DNA of 61,614 bases, from the NCBI GenBank assembly GCA_049324235.1, contig JBMOLJ010000070.1:1-61614 (forward strand). Direction: 5' to 3'. Under the pieces are notes generated by a model. The model had not been told where the DNA came from and searched no databases. It saw only the letters and a list, made by a program, of their open reading frames with translations. Of this stretch, positions 1-10,112 are shown in pieces. Positions within the stretch are counted from its first letter, which is position 1. Each line of letters opens with the position of its first letter. The position numbers and the translations under genes are program-made. Source of the DNA: Bacillota bacterium. Its GTDB lineage: Bacteria; Bacillota; Clostridia; Christensenellales; UBA1431.

Positions 1-1
1 C

Positions 2-1225
2 GTATCCCACTATGTGCACCCTGGCAGCGCGCTGGATGCCGAGGGCTTCCGGCGCGGCAACAGCACCTATCTGCCCGGCCTGACCGTCCCGATGCTGCCC
101 GAGCGGCTGTCCAACGGGCTGTGCAGTCTGTGGCCAAACGGCGATAAGCTGACGATGTCCGCCATACTGGATTACGACGGCGAAGGACAGCTCATCGGAT
201 CGCGCTTCGTGAAAAGCGTGATCCGCTCGCGCGCCCGCCTCACCTACAATGAAGTATTCGATGTTCTGGAAGGCAGGGACGGAGGGGCCACAGCGCCGTT
301 TGCGGACACGCTCATGCAGATGGACGTCCTGCGCAATCAACTGAAAAAAGCGCGCATCGACGCGGGCTCGCTGGACTTCGACCTGCCCGAAGCGTATTTT
401 AACCTGGGCGGAGACGGCTGGACCGAGCGCATAGAAAAGCGGCTCCCCAACCGTGCGACACAGCTTATCGAGGAATTCATGCTGGCCGCAAACCGTGCAG
501 TCGCAACGATGGCTGAAAAGGCGGGGCTGCCTGTCGTATACCGCGCGCATCCGGTGCCCGACGAAGATAAAACCCGGGAACTCTGGGACTTCCTTGCGAG
601 CATGGGCTACCACGGAAGGGGCGCTAACCCTAAGCAGTTCCAGCGCGTGATCAAAGCGGCAGAGGGCAAGCCGGAGGAGCATGTGGTGAACTACGCGATC
701 CTGCGCGCGATGCAAAAGGCAATATATTCCCAGACCAACGAAGGGCATTACGGCCTTGCCTTCACGCATTACTGCCATTTCACCTCCCCCATCCGCAGGT
801 ATTCGGACCTCGTGACCCACCGCGCTCTCAAGGATCATATCGAAGGCAAAAAACCGGGCGCAGGGTCTGCGGCGATTGCCAAACAGTGCACGAAATGCGA
901 AATTGCGTCGATGGAATCCGAGCGCGAAGCGCACGACCTGTTAAAAGCGCAGTATATGCAGAGCCGCCTGGGCGAAGTGTTTGACGGCGTGATATCCAGC
1001 GTCACCAGTTTCGGCATATTCGTCGAACTGGACAACACCGTCGAGGGTTTGGTGCACATCACCGCCCTTCATGACGACTACTACATCTTCGATGAACGTA
1101 CACGTACGCTTACCGGCGAACGCTCGGGTAAAAAATACAGTCTTGGGCAGGCCGTGCGCGTACAGGTGGCCGCCGCCAAACTGGCGCCGCCCAGCGTGGA
1201 TTTTGTGTTGCATAACAGGGACTAA
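2..1225 (+). CDS. rnr: Ribonuclease R, 5'-truncated by window edge
   Basis: RNB motifs ([34 protein letters not shown]), C-terminal S1 domain; upstream of smpB. Confidence 0.95.
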   Translation, partial: VSHYVHPGSALDAEGFRRGNSTYLPGLTVPMLPERLSNGLCSLWPNGDKLTMSAILDYDGEGQLIGSRFVKSVIRSRARLTYNEVFDVLEGRDGGATAPFADTLMQMDVLRNQLKKARIDAGSLDFDLPEAYFNLGGDGWTERIEKRLPNRATQLIEEFMLAANRAVATMAEKAGLPVVYRAHPVPDEDKTRELWDFLASMGYHGRGANPKQFQRVIKAAEGKPEEHVVNYAILRAMQKAIYSQTNEGHYGLAFTHYCHFTSPIRRYSDLVTHRALKDHIEGKKPGAGSAAIAKQCTKCEIASMESEREAHDLLKAQYMQSRLGEVFDGVISSVTSFGIFVELDNTVEGLVHITALHDDYYIFDERTRTLTGERSGKKYSLGQAVRVQVAAAKLAPPSVDFVLHNRD

Positions 1226-1236
1226 CGTGCTATAAT
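1208..1236 (+). promoter_or_regulatory. sigmaA-type promoter for smpB
   Basis: TTGCAT-17 nt-TATAAT with extended -10 TG. Confidence 0.7.
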
Positions 1237-1281
1237 GCATATCCGGCCCTGACGCTACTATACGGCAAAGGAGGTCTTGTC

Positions 1282-1746
1282 ATGGCAGAGGAGCGCAAGA
1301 TTATCGCGCTGAACCGCAAAGCGCGGCACGATTATTTCATCGAAGACACGCTCGAAGCGGGTCTGGCGCTGGTCGGCACCGAGGTCAAATCGCTGCGCCA
1401 AGGCAAGGCAAACCTGCGCGACAGCTATGTGTTCATCAAAAAAGACGAGGCGTTTGTACGCGGCATGCATATCAGCCCGTACGAGAAAGGCAACATCCAT
1501 AACGTCGACCCTTTGCGCGAACGCAAGCTGCTGCTGCACGAACGCGAAATCGCGCGCCTGAACGGGCTTGCCCAGCAAAAAGGGTTCGTGCTGGTGCCGC
1601 TCAGCCTGTATTTCAAGCGCGGGCTGGTGAAGATGGAGCTTGCCGTCGCCCGCGGCAAAAAGCTGTACGACAAAAGGGAATCCATTGCCCAGCGCGACGC
1701 GCAGCGCGAGATCGAAAGGAAAATCAAGGACTACGTTGCACGCTAA
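1282..1746 (+). CDS. smpB: SsrA-binding protein
   Basis: [25 protein letters not shown] motifs; adjacent to tmRNA. Confidence 0.98.
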   Translation: MAEERKIIALNRKARHDYFIEDTLEAGLALVGTEVKSLRQGKANLRDSYVFIKKDEAFVRGMHISPYEKGNIHNVDPLRERKLLLHEREIARLNGLAQQKGFVLVPLSLYFKRGLVKMELAVARGKKLYDKRESIAQRDAQREIERKIKDYVAR

Positions 1747-1802
1747 ACATTTTGCCACTTTTGTGGTATACTATTTATGTAGGAAGTTATCCTGCTTAAC
1801 AT

Positions 1803-2161
1803 GGGGGCGTACCTGGTTTCGACGGGGATCGCAGGGGGCTGGATAAGCGAGCCGCAGCTGTCTGAGACTGCGATAAAACTCGGGCAAAAAAACAAACGCA
1901 AACAATAACGAATACGCTCTCGCGGCCTAAAGCCGTGAGCGTCCCACCGCTTTCTCCCGCTTAAGGCGGAATGGGGCGTCAAAAATAAGCGGGGTACCAG
2001 CCCGGTCAAGCTTTGTGCCGGGTGGGATCCGATGAAGCTACCGAAACGCTGACCCTGCGGATGGGGGCTGCGCCGGGGGAATCCTAAAACATCCGCTGCG
2101 CTCGGAGAAGGTCCGGTCAACAGGTTTTCGGACAGGGGTTCAACTCCCCTCGCCTCCACCA
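1803..2161 (+). ncRNA. ssrA: tmRNA; tag peptide (A)ANNNEYALAA at 1898-1930
   Basis: 5' GGGGGCG pairs with 3' CGCCTCC-ACCA with G3.U wobble; T-arm GGTTCAACTCC; tag ORF ends YALAA-stop. Confidence 0.97.
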
Positions 2162-2164
2162 TTC

Positions 2165-2190
2165 AAACGCCGTAACTACGGCGTTTTTTC
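2165..2190 (+). terminator. Intrinsic terminator after ssrA
   Basis: AAACGCCGTAACTACGGCGTTTTTT hairpin plus U tract. Confidence 0.8.
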
Positions 2191-2239
2191 ATTATTGTCT
2201 ACTTCGAGTAGACACAGTATTTATCTGTGCTTTTATCTG

Positions 2240-2509
2240 TTATTCCAGTTCTCCAAAGCCTTCTTTGATGAGGTTTACCAGTGCCTGCACCGCTTCTTCC
2301 TCGTCTTCGCCGCTTGCCTCGATCACGATCTGCGTTCCCTTTTTAAGCGCCGCCGACATCACCTTGATGATGCTCTTTGCATTGATGCGCTTTTCCGCGC
2401 TCACTATGGCGATCTCGCTATTGAACTTGTTTGCTTCCTTAACAAAAACGCTCGCCGGCCGCGCATGCAGCCCGGTCGGGTTCATGATGACAACCTCTTC
2501 GCTTCTCAT
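2240..2509 (-). CDS. ptsH: HPr phosphocarrier protein
   Basis: GLHARPA (His15) and NAKSI (Ser46) motifs. Confidence 0.95.
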   Translation of the reverse strand: MRSEEVVIMNPTGLHARPASVFVKEANKFNSEIAIVSAEKRINAKSIIKVMSAALKKGTQIVIEASGEDEEEAVQALVNLIKEGFGELE

Positions 2510-2544
2510 CGATATGCCTCTCTTAATATTTATCATTTTGGGCG

Positions 2545-4293
2545 TCAGTCATTTGCTGTGCCATACTGCGCTTCCATTCCGGCTTTAATAAGCGCTTTCA
2601 CTTCCTCTGCGCTTTCTAATGTGAGCGCCTCTTTTGCCAACTGTTTCGCCTGCTGCATGGCAGTATTCCGCACCGCCTTTTTCACTCGCAACACCGATGC
2701 GGCGCTCATGGAGAATTCGTCCAGGCCCAAGCCCAAAAGCAGGGCCGCCGCCCTCTCATCCCCCGCCATCTCCCCGCACATCCCGGTAAATATGCCTTCG
2801 TTATGCGAGGCGTCGATCACCATTTTGATCAGCCTGAGAACCGCCGGATCAAAATGGTCATAGAGATAGCTTACATTCCCGTTCATCCTGTCCACCGCAA
2901 GGGTATACTGGCAAAGGTCGTTAGTGCCGATACTGAAAAAATCGACCTCTTTTGCGATGGTGTCTGCCGAAACGGCTGCCGACGGAACCTCGACCATAAT
3001 CCCTGCCTTTACGTCAGGATCGAACGCGATTCCTTTTTCCGAAAGCTCCTGTTTGCATTCATTAAGTATGGCCTTGGCCTGTCTGACCTCCGTGACCGTT
3101 GCAATCATCGGGAACATGATCAGCGCTTTGCCGAACACGCTTGCGCGCAGGATGGCCCTGAGCTGCGTCTTGAACATCTCGATTTCTTTGAAGCACAGGC
3201 GTATTGCCCTGAGACCCAAAAACGGATTCATCTCGTCATCCGTCGGCAAATAAGGGAGCTTCTTGTCCCCGCCGATATCCAGCGTCCTGATGATGACCGG
3301 CCTGCCCTGCATCTTCTCCAACACCTGTTTATATGCCTCAAACTGGATGTCCTCGCCGGGCATCTCCTTTGCGTCCATATATAGAAATTCTGTCCTGAAA
3401 AGTCCGATGCCCTGCGCTCCATATTTCAGCGCGCCGTCCACATCGGCTGTCGTTCCGATATTAGCAAATAGTTCCACCCTGCAGCCGTCTTTCGTAATGG
3501 CCTCAGCGTCTTTCAATGTGAAAAGTTCGGCTAGTTCTTTTTCATACGCCTCTTTTTTATCCCTGTATTCTTCTATCGCGGCAAGGTCTGGTTCATGTAT
3601 TACGATACCCGTGCTGCCGTCGATTATGATGCTGTCTCCCGTGCGGACTTTTTGCGTAATATCGGTCAACCCCAGTACGGCGGGAATCATCAATGAACGC
3701 GCCATGATCGCCGCATGGGATGTCTTCCCTCCCACATCGGCGGCAAAGCCCAGCACTTTGTTTTTGTCTAAAAGCGCCGTATCGGACGGCGTCAGATCGT
3801 GGGCGACCACGATGCTCCCCGGCTCGAGCGCGGAAAGGTCCGTCCCGCTTAAACCAAGGATATTTCGCATGATGCGCTCTCCCACATCGGCAACATCTGC
3901 GGCTCTTTCCTTAAAATACGCGTCCTCGATTCCCCTGAATTCGTTCACAAATGCGTCCGTAACGGACTTCACCGCATATGCGGCGCCGATAAGCTCCTGC
4001 TCTATCGCTTCCCTGGCCCCGCCTATATACTCCGGGTCGTCCAGGAACATGATATGCGCATCAAAAACCCCGGCTTCCTTCTCCGAGAGCTGCGCTTGTG
4101 TTTTTTCTTTGAGTAGGAGCAACTGACGACGGGTTTTTTCAATGGCGGTCGCCAGCTTTTTCTGTTCCGTCGGGACGGCTTCATGGCTGATTTTTTCCTG
4201 TGAAACCCTGATATCTTCCCTGGTTAAGACAAACGCCTTTCCGATTGCGATTCCGCCCGACGCTGCGATTCCTTTCACCCTCTGTTCCTCCAA
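2545..4293 (-). CDS. ptsI: PTS enzyme I
   Basis: GGKTSHAAIMAR, GLFRTEFLY, FSIGTNDL, GMCGE motifs. Confidence 0.97.
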   Translation of the reverse strand: MEEQRVKGIAASGGIAIGKAFVLTREDIRVSQEKISHEAVPTEQKKLATAIEKTRRQLLLLKEKTQAQLSEKEAGVFDAHIMFLDDPEYIGGAREAIEQELIGAAYAVKSVTDAFVNEFRGIEDAYFKERAADVADVGERIMRNILGLSGTDLSALEPGSIVVAHDLTPSDTALLDKNKVLGFAADVGGKTSHAAIMARSLMIPAVLGLTDITQKVRTGDSIIIDGSTGIVIHEPDLAAIEEYRDKKEAYEKELAELFTLKDAEAITKDGCRVELFANIGTTADVDGALKYGAQGIGLFRTEFLYMDAKEMPGEDIQFEAYKQVLEKMQGRPVIIRTLDIGGDKKLPYLPTDDEMNPFLGLRAIRLCFKEIEMFKTQLRAILRASVFGKALIMFPMIATVTEVRQAKAILNECKQELSEKGIAFDPDVKAGIMVEVPSAAVSADTIAKEVDFFSIGTNDLCQYTLAVDRMNGNVSYLYDHFDPAVLRLIKMVIDASHNEGIFTGMCGEMAGDERAAALLLGLGLDEFSMSAASVLRVKKAVRNTAMQQAKQLAKEALTLESAEEVKALIKAGMEAQYGTAND

Positions 4294-4366
4294 TAAAGCC
4301 TTAGAATGCTCAATCCAGGCCTACAAAACGGCAGCGGCAATACGTTTCCTATCTTCTTCTGTGACG

Positions 4367-4762
4367 CTAATCCGTCTTGGACATTTCCCTGCTCTCTTCG
4401 GCCGTATTCCTGACCGTCTCCAGATCGCTCCCCATCGACGCCTCAACGGTCGCTACAACGCTGCCCTCCACCAACGGCGCATCCGCAACAATAACGCGTT
4501 TGCGTATATCCGCGTCCAAAAGCTCCAAGGCCACGTCGGTGCTCATCATTGCGCTTCCCAGATCCACGAATACCAGAACGCCGTCGCCGGAATCGGCCTG
4601 CAGGATGGCTCTTTCTATTTTCGTTGCATCCGTGCCTATCCGGTGATCCGCCGTCCCGCCTGCCGGAACGATGTTCACAAGGCCCTGGGACATCTGCGCG
4701 CAGAGTTCCACCGTGCCCTCGGCGATTTTCTCGCTGTGTGATACAATCACTATGCCCACCAT
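4367..4762 (-). CDS. dhaM: Dihydroxyacetone kinase phosphotransferase subunit
   Basis: GIVIVSHS, DLGSA, APLVEG EIIA(Man)-like motifs; operon context. Confidence 0.93.
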   Translation of the reverse strand: MVGIVIVSHSEKIAEGTVELCAQMSQGLVNIVPAGGTADHRIGTDATKIERAILQADSGDGVLVFVDLGSAMMSTDVALELLDADIRKRVIVADAPLVEGSVVATVEASMGSDLETVRNTAEESREMSKTD

Positions 4763-4765
4763 GGC

Positions 4766-5398
4766 TCAGCCCTCATCCAGGGTTCCGGCAATCGTATCGA
4801 TCAGGATATAGCTCGACGTCGCGCCCGGATCCTGGTGTCCGAGGCTCCGCTCGCCGAGATAGCTCGCCCTGCCTTTTGTGGCAATGATTGTTTTGGTGTA
4901 TTCGGCGCCCTCCTTTGCGGCCTGAGCGGCCTTCACAAAAGCCTGTTTCGCGGATGCTCCGGCGGTAATCCCGGTTTTCAGCGCATCCAGCGCCGGAATC
5001 AGGGCATCCAGCATGGTCTTTTCACCCTTTTGCGCCTTCCCGCGTTTTACGATTCCAGCAATCGCTTCCTCAAATATAGAGATTATATCCTCCCTTTCGA
5101 TTGCATCCTTGCCTGCCATCACCTTCGACGCCTGCAAAAAGGCGGTCCCGTAAAGCGGCCCGGAAGCCCCGCCCACGGTTGAAATGAGCGCCATGGCCAC
5201 CGCTTTTAATATGTTCCCGATATTGTCGTTTTCCAGTTCGGGAAGCTTTTGCTTGACGACGGTGAAGCCTTTAGCCATGTTAATGCCGTGGTCGCTGTCT
5301 CCGATCGGCCTGTCCAGGTCGGTCAGGTACTCTTTATTAGCGATAATCGCATCGCTCATTGCATCTAAAATCTTGATTAATGATTGCGCAGAACCCAT
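4766..5398 (-). CDS. dhaL: Dihydroxyacetone kinase subunit L
   Basis: LD..IGDSDHG, GGASGPLYG, GRASYLGERS.GH.DPGA. Confidence 0.96.
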   Translation of the reverse strand: MGSAQSLIKILDAMSDAIIANKEYLTDLDRPIGDSDHGINMAKGFTVVKQKLPELENDNIGNILKAVAMALISTVGGASGPLYGTAFLQASKVMAGKDAIEREDIISIFEEAIAGIVKRGKAQKGEKTMLDALIPALDALKTGITAGASAKQAFVKAAQAAKEGAEYTKTIIATKGRASYLGERSLGHQDPGATSSYILIDTIAGTLDEG

Positions 5399-5476
5399 CT
5401 TGCTTCCTCTTTCTTAAAAGTTATTGCAGTCGGTGGAAGGGGTAATAAGGCGGCAACGCCTTATTACCCCGACAAA

Positions 5477-6469
5477 CTAGACCTGTTTGAAAGCGGGGGT
5501 GTCGGCCGGAGCGTTCAAAAGTTCTTTCAGTTCATCATCCAGCTTCAGGATGGTGACCGAAAACCCGGCCATTTCAATGGACGTCATAAAATTGCCAACA
5601 AGTGTTTTGGCTACCGTGATCCCCCTGGCGTCCAGAATCTTCCGCACTTCATTGTTTGCGATGTAGAGTTCCATCAGCGGCGTTCCGCCCAGGCCGTTGA
5701 TCATAACCGCCACCTCGTCGCCCGCAGACAGGGTCATATCGCCCAGTATCTTGTCGGACAGCTGTTTTACGATGGCGGCTGCGTCTGCAATCTTCTCCCT
5801 GTGCGTTCCAGGCTCACCGTGGATTCCAAGCCCGATCTCTATCTCGTCTTCGGCAAGGTCAAAGCCAGGTTTGCCTGCGGCGGGTATGGTGCACGGCGTC
5901 AGGGACATGCCCATGCTCCGCACGTTTGCGATGACCTTTTCGGCAACCCGCTTTACTTCGCCAAGGTCCATCCCTTTCTCGGCGGCGGCTCCGGCGATCT
6001 TATGGACCAGCACCGTACCGGCTATCCCCCTACGCCCGGTGGTGTACAGGCTGTCCTCCACCGCAACGTCGTCGTTTACCACAACGCTCGCGGTTTCGAT
6101 GCCCTCGGCCTCCGCCATCTCCCCTGCCATCTCAAAGTTGAGGATATCGCCCGTGTAGTTCTTGATAACCATCAGCACGCCTTTGCCCTGGTCTATCGCT
6201 TTGACGGCTTCAAACACCTGGTCCGGCGTCGGTGAGGTGAACACTGCGCCGGCCACAGCGGCGTCAAGCATCCCTTTGCCGACAAACCCGCCGTGCGAAG
6301 GCTCGTGGCCGCTTCCTCCGCCGCTGACGAGGGTCACTTTCTGGGTCAGGTTCTTTCTTACAAGGACATTTTTGTCTTCGATGCACGTAACATATTCAGG
6401 ATGCGCTTTGACAATCCCTTCGAGCATTTCCTTGACAACCTGCTCGGGATTATTGATGATCTTTTTCAT
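5477..6469 (-). CDS. dhaK: Dihydroxyacetone kinase subunit K
   Basis: SGGGSGHEP, KNYTGD, GIHGEPG motifs. Confidence 0.96.
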   Translation of the reverse strand: MKKIINNPEQVVKEMLEGIVKAHPEYVTCIEDKNVLVRKNLTQKVTLVSGGGSGHEPSHGGFVGKGMLDAAVAGAVFTSPTPDQVFEAVKAIDQGKGVLMVIKNYTGDILNFEMAGEMAEAEGIETASVVVNDDVAVEDSLYTTGRRGIAGTVLVHKIAGAAAEKGMDLGEVKRVAEKVIANVRSMGMSLTPCTIPAAGKPGFDLAEDEIEIGLGIHGEPGTHREKIADAAAIVKQLSDKILGDMTLSAGDEVAVMINGLGGTPLMELYIANNEVRKILDARGITVAKTLVGNFMTSIEMAGFSVTILKLDDELKELLNAPADTPAFKQV

Positions 6470-7092
6470 AACTCCTCCTTATCCATTGAAAACAGTCCCT
6501 CAACCCAACAAGTTACAGGGTCGATTTAGAGCATATCAATATATCGACCCACTTAAACTGCTATCGGTAACCGAATCCGTTTGCTCACCTCCTTACAATC
6601 CGTAAGCAAAACATCTCCCCTGAACGGATGCGTTTCATCATTCATGAATGAAAAAAGCCGGCTCCGTCATTGGTTCCGAATATATTCAAATCTCTATTTA
6701 CTCGTGAATGTATCGGATGTGTTTAGAATTATAGAATTGTCTCTGATGCAGGGCTTAGTTGCACAGCATTTTCGTTGCTGTCAGGATGTGCGTTTTCGCT
6801 TGCCGGATTATTTTTATCCAGTGTACTATACATATTGTTATTCGTCAACAAACCATAAATACACAAAAAAAGACCAAAAATGTTCTGTAGCGTTTATAGG
6901 TTGCGCCAGCTTAATTATCGGCTGGTTCGGTATCCCGAATTTTGTTTAAAGTCCAATTTGATGCAGGTAAGGCGGAAATTTTTTAGGGGGCAATCCGGCT
7001 GTTGCCGCCATCGCCCCCTAAAGTTTGGATAATACGTACCGGTTTTGCAAAAGCCGTATTCGGCTTGCCTTTACAAATAAATTACGGTCTCT

Positions 7093-7360
7093 TTATTTAA
7101 ACGATTTTCTTAAAACTTCTACAACGTCCTCGTGGTTCATCTCGCACGGATTGGCCGTAAACAGGCCGCCCATCGTTTCTCTTGCGTTGCGGGCAATCTT
7201 GTCGAATTCATCCGGTTTGATGCCATAATCGGACATTTTCAGATTGTCAACGCCGCAGTCTTTCTGTATCTGCACCAGCATGGTAATGAAATCCTCCGGC
7301 GTGGAAGCGTCCTTTTTGCCCATAGCTCTTGCCATATTGACAAACCTATCATCACAGGCA
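7093..7360 (-). pseudogene. C-terminal fragment of an iron-containing alcohol dehydrogenase
   Basis: Only the C-terminal ~85 aa (ARAMG...LKMSDYGI...FTANP) remain. Confidence 0.65.
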
Positions 7361-7494
7361 TGACGTTCAAATGCTGGTATTATGATACTGCTTTGGAAGC
7401 CGGCACGGAAACGGCGCCGAAAAATATACCCATTGAGAAAATGCCGGATGAGGTCAGAGAATATAAATGTACATTCTCTGAATGGCCAGTTTAA
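7361..7494 (+). pseudogene. C-terminal fragment of a MerR-family regulator
   Basis: FKCWYYDTALEAGTE resembles clostridial MerR C-termini; no HTH region. Confidence 0.5.
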
Positions 7495-7530
7495 ACTTTT
7501 TTGTCTCTTTTCCCGCTGAAATAGCTAGAG

Positions 7531-8790
7531 CTAGCCCGAAAGCAGGCTGATTTCACCCTTGCCGATGATTTTAATCCTGCCGTATTCCCCGTCGTATCCC
7601 GGCTCGATCTCCACCTTGCCGCAGCGCAGCCTGCGGATGCCCTCGGCGGCCAACGGCCCTGCCGCATACTTGATGTCCGAAAGCGGCGCTTCGCGCAGGA
7701 TAAAAAGTTCCGGCCCGACGCTATGTATAAGGTTTTCGCATTTTTCCCGTACCTTCACGCTCGCGGCGGACAGCCCCATCGAAGAGGCGGCCACCTCACG
7801 CAGGGGAATGAGGCTTTCAAAATGCTTTGCCCCCGGCGGAACAAATCCTTCGCCGCGGTCAGCCAGCGCCTCCACGCGGTGCAGCACCCCGACCGTGATT
7901 CTGCCGCCGCATATGGGACATACGCCTGCGGCGGCTTTGGTATCCGAGGGTTTCAGGCACACACGGCAGTTCCTGTGCCCGTCGTAATGGTACTTCCCTT
8001 CTTCGGGAAAAAATTCGATTGTTCCGCAGAACCCGCCTGTATCATGGTTTTCCAGCGACCGCGCAATATGCGGGTAAGAGAGGGTAGTGTTAAAGATGTT
8101 GGCTTCCCTTGCAAGGTTCGCCGGAGAATGCGCGTCGGAGTTGGAGACCAGCGTGAACCTGTCCAGCGCGGAAAGGCGCCAGTTCATGGGCGGATCAGAG
8201 GAAAGCCCTGTTTCAAGCGCATGGATATGCCCCGTTAAATCCTCAAAGCACTCTTCGATGGCGTCAAACCCCGAATAGGCCCCGAACAGGGAGAAATGGG
8301 GCGTCCAGATGTGGGCGGGGATGAATATGGCCTGTGGGCATATATCGAGCGTCATTTCCAGGAGATCCCTGCTGTCAAGGCCGAGAATGGGCCTGCCGTC
8401 CGAATGCAGGTTCCCTATGGCCTCCAGCCGGCGCGACAGGGCTTCGGCGGCTTCAAGGGCGGGGAGCAGGATGAGATTGTGCACCTTGCGCACTTTGCCG
8501 TTCTTTTTATAGATGCAGCTGATTTCGCCCGAAACGATGAAACGGGGCTCCGCATCCGTGCCATCACCCGCTTTGCGATACTCCTTTTTGAGCGCATAGA
8601 GACCTTCTTCCGCAGGGACGAGCTTTTCCCTGAGTTCCCCGCGCCAGGCCGGATGGGTGAAATCTCCGGTTCCGATCAGGTCCAGCCCTTTGCGCCGCGC
8701 CCACAGTTCAAGGGTCTCGGGCACGCATTCCCTGCTCGTCGCCCTCGAATATCTCGAATGAATATGAAAATCGGCAATGAACATATACAC
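7531..8790 (-). CDS. Endonuclease Q-family PHP-domain protein
   Basis: DFHIHSRYS, TGDFTHP, PAHIWTP, SNSDAHS, GKYHYDGHRNC..C and CPICG zinc motifs. Confidence 0.88.
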   Translation of the reverse strand: MYMFIADFHIHSRYSRATSRECVPETLELWARRKGLDLIGTGDFTHPAWRGELREKLVPAEEGLYALKKEYRKAGDGTDAEPRFIVSGEISCIYKKNGKVRKVHNLILLPALEAAEALSRRLEAIGNLHSDGRPILGLDSRDLLEMTLDICPQAIFIPAHIWTPHFSLFGAYSGFDAIEECFEDLTGHIHALETGLSSDPPMNWRLSALDRFTLVSNSDAHSPANLAREANIFNTTLSYPHIARSLENHDTGGFCGTIEFFPEEGKYHYDGHRNCRVCLKPSDTKAAAGVCPICGGRITVGVLHRVEALADRGEGFVPPGAKHFESLIPLREVAASSMGLSAASVKVREKCENLIHSVGPELFILREAPLSDIKYAAGPLAAEGIRRLRCGKVEIEPGYDGEYGRIKIIGKGEISLLSG

Positions 8791-9098
8791 ACCTGTTGTT
8801 GTTTAAGTTGTGTTTATGATACATGAAATGGTTTGTATATGGAAGGGAGGATGACATAGTTTATAGAGGGGAAGGTCTGACTATTTTTTTGCAACACTGT
8901 CCAAAAATAATAATTTCATTTCCACTTTTTATTTGCCCAGCACGATGATCTTCATAGCAAAATCGCATTTTTGCAATCGGAGACCATCTTTTGCCCACCT
9001 TCCAGTATTTACATTTGAAATAAAGATTTAAAATGTTACAATAGTTACATAATTGTTGCGTTATTGTTACATTTCCGACAAAAAGATGAGGTGACATT

Positions 9099-9896
9099 AT
9101 GAAGAAACTATTGATCATCCTGATTGTAGCAGCCCTGCTTATCGGGCCGGCAGTTTACGCGGCGGGCTGTACGAGCCAGACAAATGCCGGCACGAGCACG
9201 CCAAGTGTCAATTGCACTCTGAATGACACTATTCAAAAAATTATCGATTCCTATAAGAATTGCTCCACTGTAAAAAATAATTCTTCACCGAAACCTTGTG
9301 TAATCACAACGTCCTGCCCGTCCAAGGGCAGTGCGGCCACAACGTCCTGCCCGTCCAATGGCAAAGTCGTCGTGATAACGCAGTGCCCCTCCAAAGGCGC
9401 CGTAGCGACGCCGAATCCGTCCAAGAGTCCCGTAACTGCAACACCGCAGCCTACGAAGAATACGGCCGCCACGGCCCCGAAGCCTTCGCCTTCGGCCACA
9501 AATTCTTCCGGAAAGGTGGATAACCTTTCGTACGAGAAGCAGGTAGCGGCGCTGGTCAATAAAGAGCGTGCGAAATACGGGCTTGCACCCCTGACGTTGA
9601 ACACGAAATTGTCCAACGTGGCCAGAGTGAAATCACAGGACATGCATGACAAACAATATTTCTCCCATACAAGCCCTACGTACGGCTCCCCGTTTGACAT
9701 GATGAAGTCATTCGGCATCTCCTACCGCGCGGCCGGCGAAAACATAGCCATGGGTTACAGCACGCCTGAGGCGGTCATGAACGCGTGGATGAACTCATCG
9801 GGCCACCGGGCCAACATCCTCAACGCAAACTACACGCAAATCGGTGTCGGCTATGTTGCCGACGGGCATTACTGGACACAGGAATTCATCGGCTGA
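9099..9896 (+). CDS. Secreted CAP/SCP-domain protein (YkwD-like)
   Basis: Signal peptide, Thr/Pro/Cys linker, YFSHTSPTYGSPF, GENIA, WMNSSGHRANIL. Confidence 0.9.
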   Translation: MKKLLIILIVAALLIGPAVYAAGCTSQTNAGTSTPSVNCTLNDTIQKIIDSYKNCSTVKNNSSPKPCVITTSCPSKGSAATTSCPSNGKVVVITQCPSKGAVATPNPSKSPVTATPQPTKNTAATAPKPSPSATNSSGKVDNLSYEKQVAALVNKERAKYGLAPLTLNTKLSNVARVKSQDMHDKQYFSHTSPTYGSPFDMMKSFGISYRAAGENIAMGYSTPEAVMNAWMNSSGHRANILNANYTQIGVGYVADGHYWTQEFIG

Positions 9897-9910
9897 CAAC
9901 CAATATTTCC

Positions 9911-9940
9911 AAAAAGCCCCGCTTCAAGCGGGGCTTTTTG
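9911..9940. terminator. Intrinsic terminator
   Basis: AAAAAGCCCCGCTTCAAGCGGGGCTTTTT. Confidence 0.85.
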
Positions 9941-10112
9941 GCGAAAAACAGTTAACCAGCGCCCTTCCCCCGCCATGTCCTAAATATTTCCCGGGTGAAC
10001 ATCGACCATATGCCTGATGCGTTATTCGTTTTTGGAAAAGAGAATTTCTTGATTGCGTCCATTGTGTATGTTTATATATTATCATCCATAAAAATCGAGG
10101 AGATGATAATTT

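Noticed and set aside
6960-7085. c-di-GMP riboswitch
   Set aside because: Only a short 3'-like word and hairpins; the conserved P1/GAAA core was not found
1803-7500. Island integrated at tmRNA
   Set aside because: No duplicate of the ssrA 3' end and no adjacent integrase seen
7505-7533. TAG recoding or pyrrolysine readthrough
   Set aside because: TAG ends dhaK, dhaM, hydG and others at expected positions; no pyl genes in the window
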